Below are positions 23,801 to 34,802 of a stretch of DNA of 58,311 nt, piece after piece. A program made the position numbers and the translations under genes. Origin of the DNA: Oopsacas minuta (taxonomy: Eukaryota; Animalia; Porifera); assembly GCA_024704765.1 (NCBI GenBank), contig JAKMXF010000040.1, positions 1 to 58,311 of the forward strand, given 5' to 3'. The notes under the pieces were generated by a model that did no database searches, was not told where the DNA came from, and saw nothing but the letters and a program-made list of their open reading frames with translations. Positions within the stretch are counted from its first letter, which is position 1. Every line of letters begins with the position of its first letter.

Positions 23801-25139
23801 TTCCCTGATCATGTTGGAGGATTTTAGGTACACCGAATGAGAGATAAATTACCTGTAAACAATCCAATATTTCTTTAGAAGTTTTAGTCTTGAGTGGTCG
23901 GGCAATTACAAATTTACTCAGGTAGCACACGATGACAAGAATGTGCTGAAATCCAAGTACAGTGCGAGACTTATTGCGTACAAGATCAATTCCACAATGA
24001 CACCATGGTTCTTCAGGAGGAGGAATAGGTTGAAGCTCTCGTTGTGGCTGAGGAGGTAGAGCAGCAGAGGTTTGACAGTCATGGCAAGTTCGGATCTAGA
24101 ACGGGAAATGAGTTAGTTGTCAGTTTGTAGTCCAGTCTAATGTAATTTGCCACGTCCCAGATGTCCCACTAAATTAGCATTCCGTCCCGCTTTTTCTTCA
24201 CTCAGGTTGGCAAATATATGTGAAATACTCCCACTACCTATCCCAATTACTAACTACCGCAAGGATCATTAGTTGTTAGTTACATGGTTGGTTGGTTGGT
24301 TGTACCGTACAAATAGATTTCCATATGATATAATTGTATACCCCGGTATACTAAATATCATCAGATCGCACAATATTAATTTTACAATCGCACAAATAAA
24401 GCTGTATACAGTAGAATAATTACAAGGTGAATAACCTCAAACTATAAAATACATTCTGTTCTCAGTCTTAACAACACCTTTTGCAAATTTCCCTAGATTT
24501 TCAAAATTTGTAATCCAGGGATCCCTGGAGGGTTGGTAAGTCTGTGTTCTCAGCCACATTTTCTTGGAAAATCACATATGAAAGAAATAAGTAATTTAGT
24601 AACTCACGTAGGATCCAACATCATTGTATATGCCATTCCAATCATATTTGTTTCGGATTCCATCAATGGTAGTGTTGAGTCCAGGATGAGTGACATTGTG
24701 ATAGAATCCGATAATGTTGTCAATTTCTGAGACTAGTGGAATCTCCAAGTATTTCACACAGCCATTTTTCTTTCTGAAAATCTACAAGAAAATTATTTTA
24801 GTTAAACTCAGAGGTTGTAGGTAGCATTGAGGGGCAGAGGAGCCCCCTAGCGTTTTCGCCCTTCTCATCTCCCTATGGTACGCAAATTTAATGAGACAAC
24901 TACATATCTGCCTCCTCGCAGATATGTAGTTACCTCAAGATTTCTAATTATGTCCCGAAATATGCATAAATCAAACATATCATTCAGGAATATACCTTCA
25001 TTAGCTTATTCTCTTGAAAGTAAATCCCCTAACACTTTCTGACAAAATTCTTCTTTCTGTAGCGATCACTCTTGATTTCTGGTGGGATAATATTCGTCTG
25101 GAGGTATCCACGAATTGCTTCATACTCTGTCGCATCCAT
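20836..25139 (-). mobile_element. Ginger-like intron-containing Gypsy-type integrase/transposase gene with a C-terminal USP-like protease (element A, decayed)
   Basis: Exons 25139-24996 (MDATEYEAIRGYL..), 24781-24608 (..YHNVTHPGLNTT..YDW..), 24095-23784 (IRTCHDCQ..GIDLV..HDQGTEF), 23408-23302 (TAYHPQSNGLVESYN), 23202-22796, ~22520-22240 (YLGPYTI) and ~22160-20836 (SNTCSIDS ... RHFYS..FYKYD). Contains a stop, frameshifts and one GT>AT donor. Confidence 0.85.
24898..24931. repeat. Perfect 14-bp hairpin in intron 1 of element A
   Basis: aactacatatctgc-ctcctc-gcagatatgtagtt. Confidence 0.85.
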
Positions 25140-25172
25140 AATGAAAAATGTCAAAAGTAAATATATTACATA

Positions 25173-26024
25173 TCAAAATATCTGTAGACAATTCACAGTA
25201 TGATAACACACTACTATAACTCTATCATGATTGTCTACTGTTACTGCTGTTGGTTGCTCAGAGACTGGAATATTATGAATTGATTGGAATTCAGGATTGA
25301 AGATAGAAATAGAATTAGAAGAATAATCAGCATATAGAATGTTGTTAGAATTGTCAATAAAGAAAGATTGGGGATCAATAACTTGATTTCCTTGTCCTCG
25401 TGAAATGATTCTCTTCTGGAGTATGTGGTTATGATTGAATAGATGGATACAAGGATTAGATGTATCTAGCACATAAATGTATTCTTTAGATAGTTTAACA
25501 TCACAAGGGTATTTGAATGAACCAAATTGTGATTCGAATTGGAAATCTTGTGAGAGTATTTGAATTCGATTGTTATTAGAATCACAAATGTAAATATCAT
25601 CATTAGATTCATTGATTGCTATACCCCAAGGAATGTCGAATTCCAACTCTCCTTTTCCATGTTTACCAATTCTAGAAATAAATTCACCATCAAGATTATA
25701 ATTCAGTATGTCGTGGTCATGAGTAATTAGAATCCTACTCCTACAAATAACTAAGCTTCTTGGACTGAACATCTTTCCTTCACCATTACTGTCACCAAAT
25801 TTGAATATATACTTAGCCGTACTGTCAAATACCTTAACACAATTATTAGAATAATCTACTATATATATATTTCCAGTCAATTTGTCAACTGCAACACAAA
25901 GTGGACTGTAAAGTTTATCATTTCCTTCACCTCTCTTACTAGAACACACCAGAGGTTGTATCTTGCTTGTGTAATCATTTCCAGTTTTCACTCTCTCCGT
26001 TTCAATAGTAATAGCTGTGGCCAT
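25173..26024 (-). CDS. NHL-repeat beta-propeller protein, subfamily B (NHL-2), 283 aa from ATG 26024, intact
   Basis: Homology to all paralogs starts at MATAITIETERV. The upstream in-frame extension in the ORF track is not conserved. Confidence 0.9.
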   Translation of the reverse strand: MATAITIETERVKTGNDYTSKIQPLVCSSKRGEGNDKLYSPLCVAVDKLTGNIYIVDYSNNCVKVFDSTAKYIFKFGDSNGEGKMFSPRSLVICRSRILITHDHDILNYNLDGEFISRIGKHGKGELEFDIPWGIAINESNDDIYICDSNNNRIQILSQDFQFESQFGSFKYPCDVKLSKEYIYVLDTSNPCIHLFNHNHILQKRIISRGQGNQVIDPQSFFIDNSNNILYADYSSNSISIFNPEFQSIHNIPVSEQPTAVTVDNHDRVIVVCYHTVNCLQIF

Positions 26025-26414
26025 TGTTGCTAAATGGATATAAGGGGTAGAATAGCTAAAATTAGCGCAGATTGGAGAATACAATAGTAACAGGAGATCT
26101 GTATACATGTGTGCGTATAGAAGGTTAGATTTCAGATTTGGTATACAGGTGGCATAATGTCTCAAAAATGGTTGGTTTCCCAATTCAGATAGAGCAGACA
26201 TATTAACTAGGTAGGACTCAGGACATGTTTGTCATATGAGGCATTTTGCCGATAGTAATCATCTGGTACAGTGCAACCCGGAAAATCCACCAAACAGATT
26301 ATTGCGGGTCAATTCTGTCCGTCTACCAATTCATATGCATAATAATACTAATGGCGTGTTCCGCCACCTACCATAGGTTATGTGAACCAATTACGTCATT
26401 AATTACACTCATTA

Positions 26415-27283
26415 TATAAATTAGCCATAATTGTATATAACTATTATTTATGGTCTCAAAAACCTTTTCATCTTTGTTATCAAAAAAAGAAAATTTGGAA
26501 ATAGAATGAGAATTTTGGAAATCCCATTCAAATATAGATTGCTAAATAAGTTGGTTGAATTTGAGTACTTTGGATCCTATTAATATCATACATCGCATAC
26601 ATGATTGTCGTATGACATTATTCCTTATCTGGGATACTCAATAATCCAGGAGAATAATTCCGGAGTATTGTCATACTTCTGGTAGAATGTAACATTATCC
26701 GATAATCCGGGATCACAATTCGTACAAGTAGTATGTTGGTTGTTCAGTTCTAAAAGGCAACACGTGTAGAAACAATTATGTGGAAACAGGTTTTGAAGCT
26801 GTCCAATTATCCATAGTATATGTCAACGTGGTTCTTCTAATTGATTTCTATAATGATAATTCAAATTGGAATTCACTTGTTTGAGCAGCGTTAAATTGAG
26901 ATTATATATATAAATTTAAACTATTTGTTTCCTTTATTCATATCATCAGAATAACAATAAATTTACATTTTAAGAACCTTGGAAACATTACATTTAGGAT
27001 TCAGCGTACTTACATACCCCTGGGTATCCGTTTAGAGCAATCATGTACGTATATGTTGAGATTTGGCTAATTTGTTTACTTTATATTCATAAAAACAACA
27101 ATAAATCTACATTTGACTAATCTAAAAGTGTGAAAATCGGGTTCACATGTTCGATATATTTAGCGAAATGTTATTGAATTCTTTACTACCTTGATAAACA
27201 TGATAAATGCATAGTTATGCTACAATTTCAAAATTGCATACCGTAAATCCTTTTCTTGACAACAGGAGAACAAACAAACAAAC
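26415..27283 (-). repeat. Second copy of the 11559-12462 Helitron-like repeat, lacking both putative termini
   Basis: Near-identical to 11597-12090 over about 480 bp, then visibly more diverged through to ..cttgacaac..aacaaacaaac. Confidence 0.8.
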
Positions 27284-27361
27284 ATGTTCGGAAGAGATGG
27301 CTTAGATTATGGTGTGGCTACAAGGAGCTGTAAAATCGAACAACAACATAGAATATTATCA

Positions 27362-27540
27362 AACTACTCAACTTTAGGTTGAATTAAGACAATAAATATT
27401 TAAAGATATATTTAGTAGAGTAAATAGAATAATAGTAACAGAAATATATAAAATCAGAATAACATTAAAGTTATATAATTACTGCTATACGAATAGTAAT
27501 GTAATGTGATACTACTGTATTCTCTTGTACATATTTTGAG
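27362..27540 (-). repeat. Exon-like dispersed repeat, copy 2 (both splice sites mutated)
   Basis: Same core sequence. The donor reads AAAG|TTGAGT and the acceptor CAA|AATATG. Confidence 0.75.
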
Positions 27541-28081
27541 ATTTATGAGTTCTCAATATATTTTCCAAATTATTGCAGAACAGCAGTTAAACGGAACTAA
27601 ACGAAAGAATAGAACCACTATGCCCTGAGAGGAGCAGATCGAACGCTGATAACTCCAATATTAACTTAAGTAAAGCAAACGAACTGAACATGTATCATGT
27701 TGAGTAGATCTGTTTCAGATACTTCTTGACCCTGTCATTCCTTCGAATGGAAATTCAAATTATAAATATTCAAAGTTGCCATTTGTCAAATTGTTAACAT
27801 TTCTTTACGAGCAGTTGAATTTCGCAGGAATTTGAATACTATGACTGCCTATTTAGAATCCCACCCTGCCACCCATCACGTAGGCGTATTTATATGAATT
27901 TCGTTATGAATTATTGGTTAGTCTCAAATCCCCAGAGAAATTCAAAATGAGAAGGAAAAATCAAAGAGAGATTGTGTTCACATTAGTGAGTATCACATTA
28001 GATCTGTCAGACTTTCTGGATAACTATGAATAATAAAGGCCACTGAAAGCTATAAGAATACCAAATATTTAGTGAAATAAT

Positions 28082-28356
28082 ACAATCTTTCCTTCACCTA
28101 TACTGTCACTAAATTTGAATATATATCTAGCAGTACTGTAAAATACTTCAACACAGTTATTAAAACAATCTGCTATATACATATCTCCAGTTATGTCATC
28201 AACTGCAACACAACCGGGATAGGTAAGTTCATCATTTCTATTTCCTCTCTTACTAGCACTCACCAGAGGTTGTATCCTCCTTGTGTAATCAATTACAGTT
28301 CTCACACTCTCTGGATAATCAACAGGTTCTGGTTCATTAGGATTAGCTGTGGCTAT
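28082..28356 (-). pseudogene. NHL subfamily A 5' fragment (NHL-3)
   Basis: Start codon ATG>ATA at 28356 and upstream AG lost. Reads ATANPNEPEPVDYPESVRTVIDY..GEGKI, then homology stops. Confidence 0.85.
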
Positions 28357-28439
28357 TATTGCAAAATATTTATAGATGAACTAATCAATAGTAATAATCA
28401 GTAGACATTTCAGTGGTCGTGATCTATTGAAGATTAGGA

Positions 28440-29140
28440 CTTATCACTTCTTTGGACCAGGGATAAGAGGAAGTGGATATATTTGATGAGAAATCAAGAA
28501 ACTAGTACATTTCCACAATAATATATGTATTTTTGATTTGTAAGAATTCACAAATGCCACATGTTTGAAAATTTCAGATCGAAGTCAAGTAATTTGTTAA
28601 CGTAGTTGGAAAATATATAAATACTTGCTCCGTCTTTGAGATTATGTAGAACAATTACTATGTATCTATGTTCAAAATGTTGAAATATCAAATAATCTAA
28701 AACAGTCTCTGTACAGAATTTATGAATCTTTTCATGATAAGTTTAGCAAGTTTCTGAGTTATCATACAGCCCATGGATGTTGTATGTTTAACCGATATCC
28801 ACTTATAACTCTATAATCATGGAATGTATTGTCGTAACAGGATAGCAATTCTATAGTATACTCCCAACTTCCCATACACTTATATTATATCTTGATATGA
28901 TATCTCTCAAGATTATTGCGCAATCCAAAAAATGACAATATATGGGCACATTCATGATTACGTATGTCACTTCGATCTGAAATATTCACAAATGTGGCTT
29001 TGGTGAATTCTTACATACCAATAATACATTATTTGGGTGACAATGTACTAGCTGCCTATTATCGACGACTATAGATTTTCCTATCAAAAATATATCCACT
29101 TCCTCTAATCCCTGGTCCAGTGAAAATTGACTTAGTGATC
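28440..29140. mobile_element. ~700-bp MITE with long imperfect TIRs
   Basis: tggaccagggataagaggaagtggatatattt (28453) versus aatatatccacttcctctaatccctggtcca (ends 29119), plus a second inner inverted pair at about 28540-28590 / 28958-29016. Confidence 0.75.
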
Positions 29141-29995
29141 AGGCTTATCATTAGTAGACTAAGCTGTAGTGTAGCTAATGGTCATTTACTACATGATTAC
29201 TATTCAATAAATATGGTACTAAGCCACCAAAGTAATTGTAATATATATTTCATTGCTTCAATAGAAGGTATTATCGTAGTCACTTTAGGCTCGATATAAC
29301 GAGAGTAGACTAACAGGAGCATCATTATAGACAAGTTTATAAGTGTATTAAATTGCAGAACATTAACTGGGCGTGCTCTCTCATTTGATTACAGACAATT
29401 ATAAGGATTTATCTATATTATGCATAGAACTTAATATTGTCACTAGAAAAGTGGTTACTGATACACATTTATCATTAATATTACTAAATTTGTTGAAACA
29501 TGTTCGCCAGTGATTATTTAGTATTTACCCAAAACTATAGAGAACTCGTTACACTGAAGTGTTCGTGAACCTTGTACGAGAACAAGCGTTGCTGATAATC
29601 AAAGGTCTCCGGCAGCAAATAATTAAACAATTCATAACCCATTGTATCAATAGAAAATCACCAAATGTATATTTAGAAAACCAATCAATTCAGGAAATTA
29701 ATCAATGAAAAATTAGAAATATACTAAAGGAATATATAATATATAAATTATAAACATGAATATAATATTGTTAGTTTGTTTATCTGTCTGTTCATTCTCA
29801 AAGGAAAGAAGTATTAAATGCTATTATTAGATTGAATTAACATTTCCCAAATGTTACATAGTGATAACAGCAGTGCAAAACTGGGGTTCAAAGAATCGTA
29901 AAATATAATTGCAAACTGAAGGATATCGGAGGGGATTAGTTTATGGCATGGCTGCCTCTCTGAGGGTGTAACACATAATGAATGAAAATACTCAC

Positions 29996-30154
29996 CTGTA
30001 TCTGGAATTAAGACAATAAATATTTAGAGGTATCTTTAGTAGAATATAATATAATAATAGTAACAGAAATAATAGAAAATCAGAATAACATCAAGTTATA
30101 TAATTACTGCTATACATATAGTAATGTGATACTATTGTATTCTGTGTACATATT
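29996..30154 (-). repeat. Exon-like dispersed repeat, copy 3
   Basis: CAG|AATATG ... TACAG|GTGAGT. Confidence 0.8.
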
Positions 30155-30576
30155 CTGATACGTAATAAGTTGGAAAAACGATGCTCAAGATTACTACAGA
30201 TGTGTGCAGTTATAAAAAGCTAAACGAATGATCGATCGAACCCTCCAACTCCATGAACGAAACAAATAATTTGGGTTGAGGTTAAGATCTGGATGTAAAC
30301 GAACTAAACAGACGTGAGGCAAGATTAAAGGAATTGTTCCAGTTTGTTCGTGAACCTTTCATCCACTGATGAAAGGTTCACGCAGGATAATATCCAAACC
30401 CAGCAATATGGTATGTGGATCAGAGTTGCCTAGATGGGTCACTTTTTTCAGATAGGTTAGTGGGTCATGGGTTAAGGATTATGGGTTGAGACTACCAGCG
30501 TAAACTTTACCAAAACACACAGGGTGCCACTACACTTTGTTCATTTCCTAGTTATATATTTTTCTGAATAAATATT

Positions 30577-32593
30577 TCATTTTGTGATATCATGATGCGT
30601 AGTATTATCTGTTAGAATAAATACATACAGTAAATTGGATAAAGTGTATATGATAATTCGTTGAATTGTCTACAGCTTACCTCTCTTATTCCTTATACAG
30701 CATATGTATGACATAATGAAGAATAGTACTATGAATAGTATCAGTAGTACACCTCCAATAGCTCCTATTACTCCTACGATTATAGCTACAGACAGACAGA
30801 TATACAGATAATAGTGATAGAATCAGACAGATAGATATACAGATAATAGTGATAGAATCAGACAGATAGATATACAGATAATAGTGATAGAATCAGACAG
30901 ACAGATATACAGATAATAGTGGTAGAATCAGACAGATAGATATACAGATAACTTACGGAGTAAGGTAGCAGTAGGAGCTATTAGATAGAAATATATAAAT
31001 GGATAAACGGGTACACAGAATTACTGGCTAAGGCAGGGGTGAACAAACTAGCAGGGTGAAAATAGTTCTCTTGGCCTGTGCTAATGAATGCAAATAGACT
31101 CACTCATTGCTGTAGTTCCAGTATCATTAACAGATGTAGCAGTAGCAGTAGGAGGGGTAGGAGGGGTAGTGGTCATAGGTGGATTACCTAAAGAATACAA
31201 ATAGTACCATGGATATTGAAGAATAGATTAATGACGATAATATCAAAACAGAGATTATTCCAAATATTACCAGAGTTATAGACAGAACACCTCTGTATAC
31301 CAGTCAATTGTTGTCCATACTGTTGTGCAATGTTAAGACAAGCAATTATGATAGTTAATACTCCTGTGTTATCAGAGGAAGTATGTGGAGTTATGTTTAT
31401 AGAGTAAACAGTGATAGAAGAGAGTTGTAGGAATGTAGAAGAGTTAGAAAACTGGTCAGTAGTACCAGATAGAGTGTGAATATAATACAGCTCTAATGAG
31501 TACTCTATGAGGATATCCTGATCCACTAGTGATGGTAGGAGAGACTATATAATAGGATTAAACAATTAGAGAGAGTAAACAAACAAACAAACAAACAACT
31601 CACCCATTCTAAAGTAAGCATTCCATTTGATTGATTATAAGTGAGGAATATATCTGGGTTGTTATCAGCCAATGAATAACCTACATAGAATCAATAAACA
31701 AATAAACAGATAAACAAATAATAATTCTAACACTTACTTATAACAGCAATAGGATCAGCTGTTTGATTAGTAGAGTTACCAACACAACTCATAGCTATTA
31801 TAGAATATGAATAATCTGTATTTAACTGTAAGAAGTTAAGAAGGAATATTGAGTGATAGAAAAATTGAAATTATTTATATCAGCTCCATCCTCAAACAGG
31901 AAGTACTCAATCTCTCTGTCACTAGCTCCAGCTGTCCAGGATAGATCTACTGTACTCTCACAGATGTTAGAATTAATTCCTGATAGAGTAGATAGGAGGG
32001 AAGAGGGAGGAAAGGGAGCAGCTAGAGGATAGGAAATCCATAAAGGAGCTAGAGGATCAGGAAATCTAACTCTAAGTAAAGAATTACTCACCAGCTTGTC
32101 CCATAGGCATACCAGACACTAAAGCACCAGAGATAGCCAAATTAGTGAATGTTCCATGACATCCAAAGGTAGTATCACTATCAAGGGGCAGATAACTAGA
32201 TATTATCAGTCTAATACCAGGTGTAGCAGAGGTAATAACTAGTCCATCTGTGTTAGCTGAGTATCTGGTGAGATTTACTGCTTCTATTACTTCATTGGTG
32301 TTGATTTGACTCAAATTAACAGCAGTAGATCCATTGAATGATACTAGAGCTACTGCTAATGCAAATGATTCAAAAGGAGGAGCTTCTACGTAGCAGATCA
32401 TCTCCAGCTGTTCTCCGACACAAAGAAGTTCATTGGGGGAAAATGTTATGCTCACTAGAGGAAAAGAGAGTAGAGGTTAACAGATAACATATGCATAGCC
32501 CATGGTGTAAGTAAGGACTAGGTTATAATAAACCTTGAGCTGTATTTCTTATAACGTTAAAGATAAACAACAACAGAGAAAAGAACACAACAT
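30577..32593 (-). CDS. Eight-exon type-I membrane protein: signal peptide, Ig-like, FN3, FN3-like, Thr/Pro stalk, TM and short tail. Two single-base frameshifts (pseudogene or assembly error).
   Basis: Phase-compatible GT-AG exons 32593-32534, 32454-32092, 32021-31738, 31680-31604, 31544-31301, 31187-31104, 30977-30957 and 30785-30681, plus terminal exon 30608-30577 (nine segments counting the 21-nt micro-exon). FN3 motifs VDLSW and LQLNTDYSYSIIA. TM PIIVGVIGAIGGVLLILFIVLFFIMSYICC-IRNKR. Confidence 0.75.
30791..30951. repeat. 35-bp minisatellite, about 4.6 copies, filling an intron
   Basis: Unit gacaga(c/t)agatatacagataatagtg(a/g)tagaatca starts at 30791, 30826, 30861, 30896 and 30931. Confidence 0.95.
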
Positions 32594-33009
32594 CAAAATC
32601 AAGTATAATCACGGATACCGACAATTCGCACCTAATTTGATTGGTCAATTTGATATGATATTAGTTAATTAATTTAATCTAAGTACACATAAATAATCAA
32701 TTTTCTAATAATTATTTCTGCACACGAAAGTCTTAATTGGATAGATAATTCTAATTTTAGATGACATGACTCCATGAATCCATTTAATGATATGAATTCC
32801 AAAGATTGCTATAGTAAGTATTAAGTAAACACACACGAAGTAAATACTCTTAGGGCTATACTTGGTAAAGAGGAATGTAGTAAACAGGATATGATCAGCT
32901 GTGATATTTGCAATCCTCGGACATAAATAGAAAATGATCTAGTTCAAACTCAGATTCGTTTTCTCAATATTACTTATTACATTGTGTCTTTGAAATTTAA
33001 CAATCCTTA

Positions 33010-33470
33010 ATGGCGAAACCTCTTGACCAGCCGACCTTTAGGCTGATCAAGTCACAAAGAGGAGGAGATAAACTGTCGGAGATGTGACGCATTGGTTGTG
33101 TGAGCAAAGAGAGGTCTGCAAAGCTAGAGTTCATACCAAAGGGATGGTGATAGTCAAGCGCACGAATGAGCACTCCCATGGGCCTGACGAGCAGGCAGCG
33201 GGCTGTTGTGAAGCGAAGGTAGGCATGAAGAGGAAAGCACGGGAGTCCCAGGATAGCACACACCACATAGTGGGCGAGAGTTTTCAAACAGCATCAGAGG
33301 GTACTGCTGCTAAACTCCCCAAACTGGACAGCCTGAAGCGGACGATACAACGCCAACGTGCTAGTGTACTTGCAGCTCCAGCACAGCCTACCACTCTAGC
33401 AGAGCTAACTCTACCAGCAGTCTACCAACAGACAGCCAAGGAAGAACAGTTCTTACTCTACGACTCTGGT
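33010..33470 (+). mobile_element. FLYWCH-type MULE transposase 5' fragment
   Basis: MAKPLDQPTFRLIKSQRGGDKL..THWLCEQREVCKARVHT..TNEHSHGPD..LPKLDSLKRTIQRQR..TAKEEQFLLYDSG, truncated before the DDE core. Confidence 0.8.
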
Positions 33471-33471
33471 G

Positions 33472-33900
33472 CAGAATGTCAATTTAGCACTTCGAATATT
33501 TGACAACTCAACAGCTGTAGCTTTAACAGTCCACGCTTTGTTGCCCTAGCATTTCTTATTTCTATATTAATACAATTTGTGTTGTAGTGTAAAATATGAC
33601 TACCTTCCATCTACCATTTCGTACGACTATTGTCAAAAACAATGGTATTACAGGGCCGTAGGAGCCGGTGCGGCAGGTACGGTGCTCACCGCACCAATAA
33701 TTCAGAATTTCTATTATTATAACGGTTAGATGTGATGAATGCCGCACCAATGCAATGTAACTTGCCATACAAATAATATTTTGCTTCCTACGGCCCTGTA
33801 TTAATCTCAACATATCATATTCAATGTAGCACTTTATATAATCCATGATCCAAATGAACAATCAGGCCTTATATTCCGAAGGTCACAATTTTGATTTTTG
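33472..33900 (+). mobile_element. P-element/THAP9-like transposase relic
   Basis: QNVNLALRIFDNSTAVAL at 33472-33525. This segment is shared with the one starting at 52940. Confidence 0.6.
33651..33798. mobile_element. 148-bp MITE with CAGGGCCGTAGGA..TCCTACGGCCCTG termini
   Basis: 13-bp TIR with TATTA directly flanking both ends (33646-33650 and 33799-33803). Confidence 0.75.
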
Positions 33901-34418
33901 TAACTTCTGTTATTATTATTCGGTTCCAATACTTTTCTTTTTTGAAAGATTTCCATCCTTCATTAACCAATCACGGCTGTGAAAGGTAATTCCTTCCACA
34001 AATATTTCCGAGAATGCTATATGATAGTTAAACTCCCAAAATATTACTTACGACGATAATACATCTCAGTGTCTTGAATTACTGAAATACAGGCTATCAA
34101 GAAGTTTATTATGTATACTGTTAACGGCCAACACAAATTTATCCCTAAAGCGAAGTAATAGTATGTGTATTAAAGAAGTCCGTGACAATACTGAGGTAAA
34201 TTCTCGTAGTATAACCACATGTCATAGAAAATTATAGGAAATTGACAGCTGGTATCAATCTCGGTATTGATCTGACAAATTTCGGTTAGATTATCGATGG
34301 ATGAATTTTGGGCGAACTGCTTCATATGACATACATGTTTACATATCTCCTGCTATATTGTATCCCACAATCTGAGCTCATTTCAGGTATACTAACTCTT
34401 TCTATCAATTTAGCAACA

Positions 34419-34601
34419 ATGGCCACAGCTATTACTATTGAAACAGAGAGAGTGGAAACTGGAAATGATTACACCAGCAAGATGAAACCTCTAGTATGTG
34501 CTACTAAGAGAGGAAAAGGAAATGATAAACTTTACTGTCCACTTGGTGTCACTGTTGACAAGATGACTGGAGATATTTATATAGTAGATTCTTTGAATAA
34601 C
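34419..34601 (+). pseudogene. NHL subfamily B 5' fragment (NHL-4)
   Basis: MATAITIETERVETGNDYTSK..IYIVDSLNN, then homology ends. Confidence 0.85.
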
Positions 34602-34666
34602 ATTTCGTTTTCCTCCTTTCGTATGTGCAATTTCCATTTTGATTTCATTAGTTAGTATTTTGCCTA

Positions 34667-34746
34667 TAGGTAGGTAGGTAGGTAGGTAGGTAGGTAGGTA
34701 GGTAGGTAGGTAGGTAGGTAGGTAGGTAGGTAGGTAGGTAGGTAGG
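34667..34746 (+). repeat. (TAGG)20 microsatellite
   Basis: 80 nt of perfect TAGG repeats. Confidence 0.98.
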
Positions 34747-34802
34747 TGTGTATTTATGTTTGTATGTCCACAATTGATTTAAGAAACTGGAGGACCCACA
34801 GG

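Noticed and set aside
20620-25139. Element A as an LTR (Gypsy) retrotransposon
   Set aside because: No gag, protease, RT or RNase H and no LTRs. The gene is interrupted by spliceosomal introns, which fits a DNA-type Ginger/GIN element.
26025-26201. 59-aa N-terminal extension of NHL-2 in the ORF track
   Set aside because: Not conserved in frame in paralogs. It covers the shared upstream/acceptor region.
30791-30951. 35-bp tandem repeat as CRISPR or coding repeat
   Set aside because: Head-to-tail units without spacers, located inside a GT-AG intron.
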